Source: Squalus acanthias
Taxonomy: Eukaryota
Assembly: GCA_030390025.1 (NCBI GenBank)
Contig: CM059432.1
Span: 36,086,001 to 36,150,000, forward strand
Length of the DNA: 64,000 nucleotides
Reading direction: 5' to 3'
Made by a program: the position numbers and the translations under genes. Shown here in pieces: positions 24,086 through 35,767 of the stretch; position 1 is the first letter of the stretch, and each line of letters opens with the position of its first letter. Under the pieces are notes generated by a model. That model saw only the letters and a list, made by a program, of their open reading frames with translations, did no database searches and was not told the DNA's origin.

Positions 24086-24386
24086 CATGTTGTGTTGCCC
24101 CACGTTGATGTTCTGTGTTGGAAACTGTTGGGAATGTTTGGTTCCACCATGCATTACAGATACATAGATGTGGGGCTGGCTTCTCGTGGCTATTGTAACC
24201 TTCACCCGTTGACAAGTTTGTTCACCCATGATTTTGATGGAGATGACCATGCCCAAACTTGGGTTGTTTAAATTAACTGCGGGGAGAGATGGGTGAAGGA
24301 CCGTCTGTCTATCATTACCTGCACCCGTGTTGTAAAAGAGCGTTTATATTCTGATGGCTTCGTTCTTCAGGGTATTGACAATCCCC

Positions 24387-24735
24387 TGAGGGGGATTGAC
24401 AGGGTAGATGCTGAGAGGTTGTTTCCCCTGGCTGGAGAGTCTAGAACTAGGGGTCACAGTCTCAGGATAAGGGGTCGGCCATTTAAGACCGAGATGAGGA
24501 GGAATTTCTTCACTCAGGGTTGTGAATCTTTGGAATTCTCTACCCCAAAGGGCTGTGGATGCTGAATCGTTGAGTATATTCAAGGCTGGGATAGATAGAT
24601 TTTTGGACTCTAGGGGAATCAAGGGATATGGAGTCAGTGGGAAAGTGGAGTTAAGGTTGAAGGTCAATTATGATCTTAAATAGTGGAGCAGGCTTGAGGG
24701 GGTGCATGGCCTGCTCCTAATTCTTATGTTTTATA
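24387..24735 (+). mobile_element. CR1 3' end
   Basis: GIDRVDAERLFPLAGESRTRGHSLRIRGRPFKTEMRRNFFTQ. Confidence 0.85.
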
Positions 24736-27528
24736 TGGATTTTCTGCCATTTCTTTCCACCAGTGCTGTCATTTAGTTGCGTCCATACAGACCTTCACAT
24801 TATTGACCTGTGCTGACCTTGCATCCTCTCTCCTTCCCCTTACCCTGACACTAGAGAAAAGCACCACCCCCCCCCCCGGACCAGAATGTAGAATGGCGTG
24901 TTTATGATATTTGGACAATAGCACACTAATAAGTCAGAACACAGGTGATAGTGCCCTCCCGCAGACTGACACCGCCAGTAGCGATTTGCATTATAAACAG
25001 GCTATGGGAAACGAGATAAATATAAATGGATGTTTGGTGCCCCACAGCTCACCTGCTGAATTTAAATGAGGCCAAGGCCTCAAAATGGTGGTGTCCTCTT
25101 CGCCGGCGCGCTCCGCCGGTCTGTCACCCAAAAGTCAAAATAAACCGCTGACCCCCCTCTTTTCTTCCCCCCGGGGCGTAACACCAAGGGAGAACAACTA
25201 GTAGTATTACAAATCTATATAATGTGGCTCCTGCTTTTTTCAGTATTAAATGAGGTTTTTTTTTACCTTGAGGCAGTCGAGTGATACATTGCTCTGATAA
25301 ATTTGTTGTATTATAAAGATGGGCAAACTGTCCTGTGGCAAGATTGCAGCCTGGCCTCATACTAACCAGTTGTAGTTTAGAAGTCAGTTGCTTTATCTGC
25401 TCGGTGTAAAACTTTTCTTTTTAACTTTTAATTATCACGCTGAAACCTCTCCAGAATGCTTTTAACTTTACAACCCGGCACTAATTAAATATACAGAGGG
25501 AGAGAGAGACCCTGTTTTAAAAAAAATAATTCTGCAGGCGCTCGCTGGGGAATGGTCTGGCTGGCTGGCTGTATTCGGGCTGTAATTAAGCTGATTTCTA
25601 ATTTGTCCCTTTTTTAAAAAAAATGCAGACCTAGTTAATAGTGGGGGTTGGGGGACGGGAGTGTTCGACAGTCTGTGTGTCAAGACACAAAATAACCTCC
25701 AGCCTGTGCCACAGATGCACCATCTGCGCAGACCTTGTTTGAACTCACTTCCTCCTTAATTGCCTCTCCCGTCGGCTCCTATTGTGTGGAATTAAAGAAA
25801 AGAATTTAAATTATTTACAGTGGAGCCCCACCGTTCCGTCTTTCACCCTCTTCGCAGACTGTGATTCATTGGTGGCCGTGCGATTCTTTTATGCGTGGCT
25901 TTGAAGGCCAAGAACTTGTGCTAATGTTCTCCGCTCCCAAAAGCATCGCCTGTTGCTCGGCTACACGTTTGGCGGTACCAATTGCCGCCCCGTTACTTTA
26001 TTGTGGCGCCGAAGCACTCTGGGGTGGCGGGGGTTACTGAGCCTGTGACATAGAACAGTGCCGAGCGGGGAGGATCAGGACTGAAAGCTTGAAGAGAATG
26101 TTTTAAAAGGTGGAGGGATTGAGGGCTGCACAGGAAGCCAGATTCAAAGGGCCAGAGGATGTGGGAGTGGGTGTAGGATGCTGCAGATCAGGATGGTCCC
26201 AGGGTCAAACTCCTTCCACCCAGCTCTCCCCTACCTCCCACCCATCGCAGACTGGTTTGTACTGCTTGAGCTGAGCCGCTGTGTTGCAATTGGTCTCCGT
26301 GCCCCTGAGTGTTGGGGAAGATGAAAATCAGCCAGGGTTTTTGCTCCTATCCAGCCAGCCTTGTATATAGACGGTGCTCAGGCAGCTTGAAACAAGCTCT
26401 ACAACCTGCCCCTCTCTTTGTCCCCCCCCCCGCCCCCTCCTCCGGTCAGTTGTGATGCTTCCTGCAGTGGAATAGTCAGTCTGCCAGCACTCGCTGTGTA
26501 GGCTCAAACATTGAGCCATTGCGAAAGGTGTAACTCCTACTGTGTGTAGTACACCATGTATAACTCTGCCGATTCTCCTTTTGCCTTGTGTAGTGTGATA
26601 CAATATTTGGGAGGCTGGCGGGCAGAAGGACCCTGGGGAAACCTTTCGGGACCAGAGACCTCAACATGAGTGTTAATGTTGAGTGGTGAAGATCAGAGCG
26701 ATACTGGGCCCCCGCAGCTGTTAAATTCCTTCCTATTGTGTTCACTGTGGGTTTAAAAAAAATGTATACAAAGATACCTACACACAAGAGTTTAAAGGCT
26801 GCAAACAGTGCTTAGGATGTGAGCCAGTGGTCAGACAGCTTCAAATGAGCTGCATACCCAGTGTCACAGACACTGATAAGTGGACTGAGGAATTAGTCTC
26901 TGATGGCCTAGTAACTGATGGAGGATTGACGGAGGGGATGTTTAGGTTAGAATGCAGCCAGTACATGGTTCTCTCGTAATCTCGCAAATCATAGAATTTT
27001 ATCGCATAGCAGGAGGCCATTCGGCCATTGTCTCTTGTGCAAGCTCTCTGAAAGAGCTATCTTTCAATCCCTTTCCCCCATACCCTTTTGGAATTTTTCT
27101 TTTTCATATATTTTTCCATTTCCCTTTTAAAAGCTATTCTGGATTCTGTTCCTAACACTATTTCTGGTCGGGCATTCCATGTCCGAACAACCCTGTGTGT
27201 TACAGAACAAAATTCTCCCATCGTTCTTTTGGTGGTGATTTTAAATTTATGGCCTCTAGTTACTGACTCACCGACCAGTGGAAATAGTTTCTCTTTGTTG
27301 ATCTTTTGCTTCTTTTACAGTTTTCTCATTCAGTGGGTATTTCCTCTTCTCATTCATCCTCTCAAACTGTATCACCTCATATTTCTCCACATTAAATTTC
27401 ATCTGACATCTATCTGTCCAATCTAGTAACCTATCTATGGCCTCCTGGAGGCACTTACAGTCCTCTTGACTTGGTGGTAACACTCTCCCATCTCAGAAGG
27501 TTGTGTGTTCAAGTCCCACTCCAGGGAC

Positions 27529-28245
27529 ACAATTGGACACAATACTCCAGTTGAGGTCGGACCGGTGTTTTATAAAGGTTCATCATAACTTCCTTGCTTT
27601 TGTACTCTATGCCTCTATTTATGAAAATGAGAAGTCGCACAACACCAGGTTATAGTCCAACAGTTTTATTTAAAATTACGAGCTTATTTATTATCTATTA
27701 TCTATTTATGAAGCCCAGGATCCCGTGTGCTTTTTTAACTGCTTTCTCAACCTGCCCTGCCACCTTCAACGATTTGTGCACATGCACCCCCTTTAGATTC
27801 TATCCTTTAGTTTATATTGCCTCTCCTTGTTCTTCCTACCAAAATGTATCGCTTCGCACTTTTCTGCGTTAAGTTTCATCTGCCACGTGTCCGCCCATTC
27901 ACCAGCCTGTCTATGTCCTCTTGAAGTCTATCACTATCTCCTCACTGTTCACTGTACTTCCAAGTTTTGTGTCATCTGTAAATTTTGAAATTGTGCCCTG
28001 TACACCCAAGTCTAAGTCATTAATATATATCAAGAAAAGCAGTGGTCCTAGTACTGACCCCTGGGGAACACCACTGTGTACCTTCCTCCAGTCTGATAAA
28101 CAATCGTTCACCTCTACCCTGTTTCCTGTCACTTAGCCAATTTTGTATCCATGCTGCCACTGTCTCTTTTAATCCATGGGCTTCAACTTTGCTGGCAAGC
28201 CTATTATGTGGCACTTTATCAAACGCCTTTTGGAAATCCATGTAT
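27529..28245 (-). mobile_element. CR1 LINE fragment closely related to 16418-18098, with a collapsed fold-back relic at 27626-27700
   Basis: [31 protein letters not shown]. One arm of the fold-back family lies between tctatttatgaa repeats. Confidence 0.88.
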
Positions 28246-28649
28246 GTTATACTTGTTCATATTAAATGGCTTCTGCGTAGGGGAGTGGAGTTATTCAAGA
28301 GGCAGTTAGATTGCGGGAAAGGAAGAATCTTGGGTTCCTATGGTATAATGAGTTAGATGGACCACATGGCTTCCCTTCTCCATATTTACTGTTGTGAAAT
28401 TTCATTTGCTATTCTTAACCCTGGTAATGTTTTATCTGACTCACTTCTGCAGGTTACTGGACCTCCCACTCTCTTCCCCCTCCCCCACTCTCTCAACCTC
28501 AGATTCATCCGAGTTTGTACAATCTACAAACTGGATCAGTGTGTGATCTTCTCAATCTAAGTTGTTCATGTAAATTAGAAACAGCCAGCCTTGGAATGAA
28601 GCACGACTGAAACTGGCTGAATTGCAGGGTCCTGGTTCATCAGCACTTT

Positions 28650-28865
28650 ACTTTTCCCTTCGCCCTCCTGTCTTTCCACCTCTGCTTCCCTTTTCAACCC
28701 CTTCTCCTCCCTTTTCCTCCTCCTCCCTCTCTTCCTTCTTCCCCTCCTGCTTCTTCTCACTCCTCTTCCCACTACAGCTTCCACCTCCTCCCTTTTCAAC
28801 CTCCTACCTCGCCTTTGTTTTCCTACTCCTCCACACCTCTCCCTCTTCCTGCTCCTCCTCCCACC
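28650..28865. repeat. CT-rich low-complexity tract
   Basis: Pyrimidine-rich (cct/ctt)n-like run. Confidence 0.8.
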
Positions 28866-29450
28866 ACAGCAAAGTAAAATTCTCAGCCACGTTGCTATAA
28901 ATGTGAGTTAATCAGGCCTCGAGTAGAAAAACTGTAGTGTTGCTGGAAGCTGCACTTGACCAGATGCAAGTCCCGAGTACTGAGTCGCACAGACCGGGAC
29001 ATTTAAACCCCGGCCTCAGCAGAGTTCGCTGATCTCGGCTGGGACCATATGGGCAGCACACTTGGGCTCAGTGCCTCTAGGCTAGGGAAAGAAGAAAAAA
29101 TGTAGTCAGCTATGATGCATAGTTGCACAGCTTGTCAACACTCATCGTCTAGGCCAGGAGTATCGGCAAGTATTTTGTTTCTGAAGCTCTATTCAATGCT
29201 GTAGTGCCTCAGGGAGCCGTGTGTGAATTTTAAATCAGTGCTGCTATTAACTTGCATAATTCTCTAGTTACTGATGGTTCTGATTTAGGATTTATTCACC
29301 AATCAGGCAACAGTGCGAGGAAGGCCTCTTGCCAAACCTCCAGACTTATGAAATCCAAACAGGATAAACCAGAGAGTCAGAAATGTAAACTCAAGTAGGG
29401 CTGGGTTGTCTGCACTTCAGGGGAAGGATGCTCGGGGTTCAGGGGCTGTG

Positions 29451-29798
29451 TAGGGTTGCCTGGACGCTGGAGGTTTAATCACATCACCTTCCGCCTCCAC
29501 GTTCGCGCTATTGGTCACCCGATATGTCCATCCTTGTGGCGCACTGTTTTCCCACGCCCATTGGGAAGCGAACACGCTTACCAATTGGATGATTCTTGAC
29601 TGTCAGTCAAACAGCCTTTTTTCCCCCCATCTTCGATATTTTTTATAACTAACAAACAAAAAGCGTTAAAAGAAAATGGGGGGAAAAAAACCACATTTTT
29701 TTTTAATGGCCCGATGATTGTCTCCCCGGTTGCTGTCTGGAAGATTAATCTGTAATTCCTGGAAACTCCGGAGCAATCTGGGATGGTTGGATTCCCAA
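29451..29798 (+). mobile_element. Non-autonomous DNA-transposon relic
   Basis: Starts tagggttgcc; body matches the split copy at 8300-9420. Confidence 0.6.
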
Positions 29799-29961
29799 GT
29801 GCTGTGGTTTTGACACTAATGGAATATAGATTCCCAGCAAAAGCAGAGGCCAAAATAATTAACTTCAAAAAGGAGTGAATAAAAACCTGGGACTGAGGGG
29901 TAGGTACAGACTGCAATGATCAAATACACAGGACACAATGGTCCCAGTGCTGCTTGGAGCA

Positions 29962-30410
29962 AAAAAGAAAGGCTTGTATTTATATAGCGCCTTTCACAAC
30001 CACAGACATGCCAAAGCACTTTCCAGCCAATGAAGTACTTTTTGAAGTGTAGTCACTGTTCTAAAGTTGGAAACGCAGCAGTCAATTAGCGCACAGCAAG
30101 CTCCCACAAACAGCAATGTGATAATGACCAGATAATCTGTTTCAGTGATGTTGATTGAAGGATAAATATTGGCCAGGACACCAGGGATAACTCCCTTGCT
30201 CCTCTTCTAAATAGTGCCATGGGATCTTTTACATCCACCTGAGAGAGCAGACGAGGCTTCTGTTTAACGTTTCATCATAAAGATAACACCTCTGACCGTA
30301 CTGCACTGGAGTGTCAGCCTAGATTTTTGTACTCAAGTCTCTGGAGTGGGTCTTGAACCCACAACCTTCTGACTCAGATGAGGCTGTTACCAACTGAACC
30401 ACGGCTGACA
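29962..30410 (-). mobile_element. Full-length DeuSINE
   Basis: Reverse complement of the family consensus seen at 15875 and 31630. Confidence 0.88.
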
Positions 30411-31326
30411 CAAGGGATAAGGGGGAGATTAAGGAAAACCACGTCTAGGGTTGAGGACTGGAGACATGAGGGTAGGTGGATACTCTGGAGTTTTGTTTCA
30501 TTACCTTTTGGATGAGGCAGTATCTAGTCAGAACTTTTCCCTCAGGAGATTAAATGTGTGAGTAGAGTCCATGATGGGGTAGAGTACAGAGGCAATGGAA
30601 GGAAATTAAATGGATTAGTAGAGTTCATGATAGGGGAGATTGTAGAGGGTTTTGGGAGGAGATAAAATTGGTGGGTAGAGTCCATGATAGAAGGGACTGT
30701 ACAGGGTCTGTTGGAGTGGGAACAGTAGGCTTTTTCTTGTCGCATTATGTCCCTCTGTCCTATTCCGAATGTGTGTTGTGTTCCTCCCCCACTCGTCCAA
30801 CCCTCTTTCCCAGTGCAGCTCCATAGAGAATTTCTGGATATTGAAAAGTGCCCTGATCCATTTTTATTACTCTGTCAATTTTTTACCCTCCTGTCTCTCA
30901 CTGGGGTCTGGCTTCCAGGGCACCTTGCCACTGTGGCCATTCTTCTTGTGTTAGCAGGATGTTTGACCATGTAGGGTGTTATGTTCTTTACTCGACGTCC
31001 ACCCATGCACTGCCCAGTAGAGGTCACCCAATAGCGATCATCATGGGAATTGGAGCTGGCTCTTCATTGCCTGAACCTGGGGCACTTGGACCTGGTTATA
31101 TCCTGGAGAGCGGGTAAGCATTGGGCGAGGACAGGATCCAGCTCAAGTGTGATGCCTTCCACTGCTGAATGCCTGCACTCACTGTCGAGGCTCAGACATG
31201 AAGAATGGCCCCTTGGGTGTGGATCTGTAACCCTGGCACCCTTTGGCATCCTCAGGAGGCGAGACTGAAATCTCCCCCCTGCCCTTGCTGGACAGTCTTG
31301 CATAATCTTCATTTCTTGATCCTCAG

Positions 31327-31459
31327 GTGCTGGCGGATGACTCCTGTCCCAGCGGACGATTTACATCGCAGGACGAGTGCTGTGACCTCTGCCCCGAAGG
31401 TCATGGGGTTATTAAAGAGTGTAACACCACCAACACCCAGTGTCAGCCTTGTGAGGATG
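31327..31459 (+). CDS. NRADD: p75NTR-like receptor exon 2 (CRD1): VLADDSCPSGRFTSQDECCDLCPEGHGVIKECNTTNTQCQPCED
   Basis: cctcag/ acceptor and G/gtaagt donor, 133 nt, phase 0 to 1. TNFR cysteine spacing as in p75 CRD1. Confidence 0.92.
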
Positions 31460-31629
31460 GTAAGTGTCTGGAGAAGATCAGTAATCTCTCAAAATAACAT
31501 AGTCTCCTATCTTGCCCCACCCCTCAATTCACCCCTCTGAATTTTTCTTCTCAATCTCCGAATGTATCATTCCACCTGCTCATCCTCCTGCCTCCTATAT
31601 TGAATCATCTCATATATTTTTGTTTTAAG

Positions 31630-32075
31630 TGTCAGCCATGGCTCAGTGGTAGCACAATTGCCTCTGAGTCAGTAGATTGTGGGTTCAAGCCCCACTTCAG
31701 AGACTTGAGCACATAATCTAGGTTGACACCGTACTGAGGGAGTGCTGCACTGTCGGAGGTGTCGTCCTTTGGATGAAACGTTAAACTGAGGCCCCGTCTG
31801 CTCTCTCGGGTGGATGTAAAAGATCCCAAGGCACTATTTTGAAGAAGAGCAGGTGAGTCCTCTGTGTCCTGGCCATTATTTATCCCTCTACCAACATCAC
31901 TAAAACAGATGATCTGCTCATTTATCTATTTCATGTTTGTGGGATCTTGCTGTGCCCAAATTGGCTGCCACATTTCCCTACATTACAACAGTGACTATGC
32001 TTCAAATGTACTTATTTGGTGTAAAGCACTTTTAATGTCGTGAAAGACACTCTATAAATGTAAGTCCTTTCTTTC
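31630..32075 (+). mobile_element. Full-length DeuSINE
   Basis: gtcagccatggctcagtggtagcac head through tataaatgtaagtcctttc tail. Confidence 0.88.
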
Positions 32076-32196
32076 TACTTTCTAACTGCATGAGTTAGTG
32101 CCTTTAACGGCGGGCGGGGCGGGGGATTAAATTTGGGACACTCTTGGATTGTACTAATTCCATTTCCTCCCCATTTTTTTTAAAAATTTGTTGCAG

Positions 32197-32550
32197 GTGT
32201 GACCTTCTCGCCCAGCGCTGGCCTCACCCGCTGCCAGCTGTGCTCGAGCTGCCCCGACAAGATGGAGGTGGGAATCCAGTGTTCAGCCACGTTTGACACC
32301 CAGTGCCAGTGCGTGGAAGGGTACTACTCGCGGTCCGGCGGCAGGCGATGTGTGCCGTGCACCGCCTGCCAGCCGGGCTTCGGGGCGGTGGTGCAATGCC
32401 ACGGGGACCAGGATGCCGTGTGCCAGTCGTGCCCCGAGGGCTCCTTCTCCGATAAGTCGAGCAGCTCGCAACCGTGCACGGCGTGTCGCGTCTGCGGCGA
32501 AGATCATTTTGTGTTGAAGTGCGAAGCGACCTCGGACACGATCTGCCGGA
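32197..32550 (+). CDS. NRADD: p75NTR-like receptor exon 3 (CRD2-4)
   Basis: ttgcag/ acceptor and A/gtaagg donor, 354 nt, phase 1-1. GVTFS..CQLCSSC..CQCVEGYY..CVPCTACQPGFG..CPEGSFSD..PCTACRVC..CEATSDTIC. Confidence 0.95.
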
Positions 32551-32759
32551 GTAAGGCCTGCTCCTGACATTCCAATGATCTTTTCTCTCCAATATTTTCT
32601 CCTGAAGGCTCTTCAGTCCTGCTGGGCTGCACCCCCCCCCCCCCCAAGAAACTCTCCACTGTGATTTTTTTTTAATATAGAGAAACTCAGATGTACAGAA
32701 AGCCCACAGTACAGGACGCCAGCACAGTTGCAAAGAGTAAAGGAGAATCGTGGACTATT

Positions 32760-33380
32760 CTAGCAGAGTAGGAGGCCATTCGGCCCATTGTGCCTGTGCC
32801 TGCTCTCTCTGATACAATAATAACCATTGCCTAACAAAAAATCTATCGATTTCAGTCTTGGAAGTTTGAGCCAACTCCCAGCATCCGCAACCTTTTGGGA
32901 GAGGGAATTCCAGATTTCCACTGCCCATTGTGTGAAAAAATTCTTCCTGATTTCACTCCCAAATGGCCTAGCTCAGCGGTTCCCAACCTTTTCCTTCATG
33001 CGGACCACCAGCCGTTTAAAAATTGCTTCTGCGGACCACCAGCCGTTTAAAATTTTTTTAACAGCCTATGGCCGACGGGAGTCAAACTTATATATTTTTT
33101 TTCACGGACCACCTGCAGTACCCTCGCGGACCACCAGTGGTCCGCGGACCACAGGTTGGGAAACGCTGGCCTAGCTCTAATTTTAAGATAATGTCCCCTG
33201 TTCTTGATTCCCCCATCAGAGGAAATAGTTTTTCTGTTTCTACCCTATCGAATCCTTTTAACATTTTAAACACCTTGATCAGGCCACCCCTCAATCTTCT
33301 ATACTCCAGGGAATACAAGCCAAGTTTATGCAACTGATCCTCATAATTTAACCCTCTAAGCCTGGTATCATTCTGATTTT
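32760..33380 (-). mobile_element. CR1 3' fragment with nested MITE
   Basis: LHKLGLYSLEYRRLRGGLIKVFKMLKGFDRV on the minus strand. Confidence 0.85.
32974..33168. mobile_element. hAT-Charlie/Buster-type MITE
   Basis: TIRs cagcggttcccaacct / aggttgggaaacgctg. 8-bp TSD gcctagct at 32966-32973 and 33169-33176. Repeated subterminal gcggaccac motifs. Confidence 0.9.
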
Positions 33381-33713
33381 TTGTTTTTTTTCCCCAGAGA
33401 AAAGAGCCCCAGCTTGCTCAGTCTTTCCTGATAGTAGTATCCTCGCAATTCACATAAACTGGAACTAATCCAGTCTAATCCCATTGCCCTGCCCTTGCCC
33501 CATATCCTTTTATATTATTCCAGTTCCCTTTTAAATGATAACCTCAGCCTCGGTAGCCACTTTTGGTAAAGAAATCCATGTTCTTGTTTCAGCTCTAGCA
33601 TCTAGTAATTATTTTCCTGCCCTGCCATTTGTTAATCTTGGCATTGGTTGCAGTGACTTGGATACACAATGGATCTAAAACGTGGTTTTCATTCCCTCCC
33701 GTCTCCTGTTTAG

Positions 33714-33921
33714 ACAAAAGTTCACTGGTACCGAAGAGACCACAGGTCGAGCCAATGAAGGACGACGCCAAGTTCATGACCTCCTTGGAACCCGAGTCCA
33801 GCACTGTGATGGGGGCCATCAACTTCACCGCCTATGACACAGGGAAGAACATCATTCCGGTTTACTGCTCCATCCTTGCAGCGGTCATCGTGGGACTTGT
33901 AATCTATGTCACTGTGAAATG
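33714..33921 (+). CDS. NRADD: p75NTR-like receptor exon 4 (stalk and transmembrane helix NIIPVYCSILAAVIVGLVIYVTVK)
   Basis: tttag/ acceptor and TG/gtgaat donor, 208 nt, phase 1 to 2. TM signature IPVYCSILAAV of the p75 family. Confidence 0.95.
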
Positions 33922-34611
33922 GTGAATTTTACATCTCAGTAACTGCAAATGAAGCAAATGCTCTTTATATTTTGTTGTTGTTTTACTTCCTCCTCAGAAA
34001 ATGAGGGAAAGTCAGCGCTCAGTGTAAGATCGAGCAACGTAGGCCACAAGGCTCCAGCTTTGATCCCCGGTCTGTCCTGAATTAGCTGATCTCACCCAGT
34101 TGGGACTCAGCAAACCCTCCAAAAGAAGAGGAAGGAGAAGACAGGAAGGGAGAGGGGAAGAGATATGAGGAAGGGAAAAGAAGAAGGGAGAGGAGAAGAG
34201 AAAAGAGATGGGGGAGGCAGTAAGAGAAAACTGGAAAGGAGAGGGGAAGAGAAAAGGGGAAGGGGAGAAAAAATGTTTCACTAATAAATGTAGTTTGATG
34301 ATCCTACATGTGGTTCTTGCTGACTGGCCTGATTGCTCGCCTTGTCCGTTGCCTGTCCCACATCCACCGTGCTCTGTCCCCTGGTATCCTATTGTCCTCA
34401 CGCGCTGCCCTTCACGGGCTACAACCCACCTCTTTTCCCCCTCCCCTGCCCCCAACCCTCCAGTTGTTGGCCACTCCCATATTTTGACACTGCTGCAGTT
34501 TCCGCTCTCACTCTTGCCGTCTCACGCTCTCTAACTCTTTCTTGCTCTCTAACTCTTTCTCGCTATCTCTCGCTTTCACTCACCCACTCTCTCTCACTAT
34601 TACTCAGCACT

Positions 34612-34750
34612 GTCTTTCTCTCACTCACTTACTTTCTCTCACTCACTTACTTTCTCTCACTCACTTACTTTCTCTCACTCATTTACTTTCTCTCATTCAC
34701 TTACTTTCTCTCATTCACTTACTTTCTCTCACTCACTTACTTTCTCTCTC
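34612..34750. repeat. 18-bp tandem repeat (tttctctcactcacttac)n, about 7-8 copies
   Basis: Directly visible; gives the spurious (LTYFLS)n ORF. Confidence 0.9.
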
Positions 34751-34808
34751 ACTTACACTCGCTCTCACTCACACTCGCTCTCACTCTCATTCTTTTCTCT
34801 CCCTACAG

Positions 34809-34951
34809 CTGGAACACATGCAAGCAGAAGAAGCAGCTGGCGAAGGCACGAGCTGGTGAGCTCGACGTGGGACCCGAAGGTGAGAAGCTGCACAGTGACA
34901 GTGGAGTGTTTGTCGACACACACAGCCTACATGAACCACAGCTCAGTAAAG
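34809..34951 (+). CDS. NRADD: p75NTR-like receptor exon 5 (juxtamembrane): CWNTCKQKKQLAKARAGELDVGPEGEKLHSDSGVFVDTHSLHEPQLSK
   Basis: ctacag/ acceptor and G/gtacgt donor, 143 nt, phase 2 to 1. PEGEKLHSDSG is p75-like; KCW..KQ..QLAKAR is NRADD-like. Confidence 0.95.
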
Positions 34952-35459
34952 GTACGTCCCACTCCGGCAGCGAGCGTTGACTGTTCCATGGGAACCTCAT
35001 TATCTCACTCAGCTGCCCGTGGGAGCCCCTTGTTATCTCGGCTGCCTATGGGAGCCCGAAAGTGCTTGCAGATTATTCGACTCCTGGGCCATCACAGCTA
35101 AGCCTGATTCTGTTCCCAGCACACACGTTACAACAGGGGTGGAGAGTTGGATGGGGGATTTAACGGGTGGAGAGTTGGAAGGGGGATTAATGCCTGGGTG
35201 GACCCAGCGTAGGTCATGCCACTGGTGGGAGCCAGGAGAAGGGCTGGTTCCCTGCTTTCTTGACTATGGAGATGTCAGGTTGAAGAATGAATGAATAAGG
35301 GGGTGAAAATGGTAGGTTTAAAAGTAAAGGGTGTGTAATCAACATTTCAGGAACTTGCCCTCTCTGGATTGGGTTCTGCTATTGGGGAAGATGTTCCACT
35401 TTTTGTCATTGGTAATGTCCCCTTCTCCCCGCTCTCTTTCTTTCCTCCCCCCCCCTCCA

Positions 35460-35675
35460 AATCCCAGAATACCTTCTCATGACCCCACAAGTCATCAAAA
35501 CCCTCAGCGGTTATTCATTCCCAGGTATCTGTTGTTCTTGCTATAAACACCCAAACCCCTCGATTAGATTCCAACCTATAACTCATTCCCAGGAATCTGC
35601 TATTCTCGTTATAAACCACCCGAATACCTCGATTACATTCCAGCCTGTAACTGACTCCCAGATACCTGTTCTTCT
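35460..35675. repeat. Degenerate tandem repeat, about 68-bp unit, about 3 copies
   Basis: tcccag..atctg..ttct..tataaac..cctcgatta.attcca.cct.taact recurs near 35518, 35586 and 35655. Confidence 0.7.
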
Positions 35676-35767
35676 GTCTGTTAATTTCTGGCATCTATTT
35701 GGTGCAATGTTGCAGTTCCGGTATTGACCACTAGTTCTCTCCCTCTCTCTCTCTCTCTCTCCCTCAG

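Noticed and set aside
30562..30730. CRISPR-like pattern: gtagagt(c/t)catgat three times at 56-57 bp spacing
   Set aside because: The spacers resemble each other, so this is a decayed tandem repeat. Vertebrate context and no cas genes.
34333..34808. N-terminal part of the 215-aa ORF before exon 5
   Set aside because: Intronic tandem repeat in frame by chance; the true exon starts at 34809.
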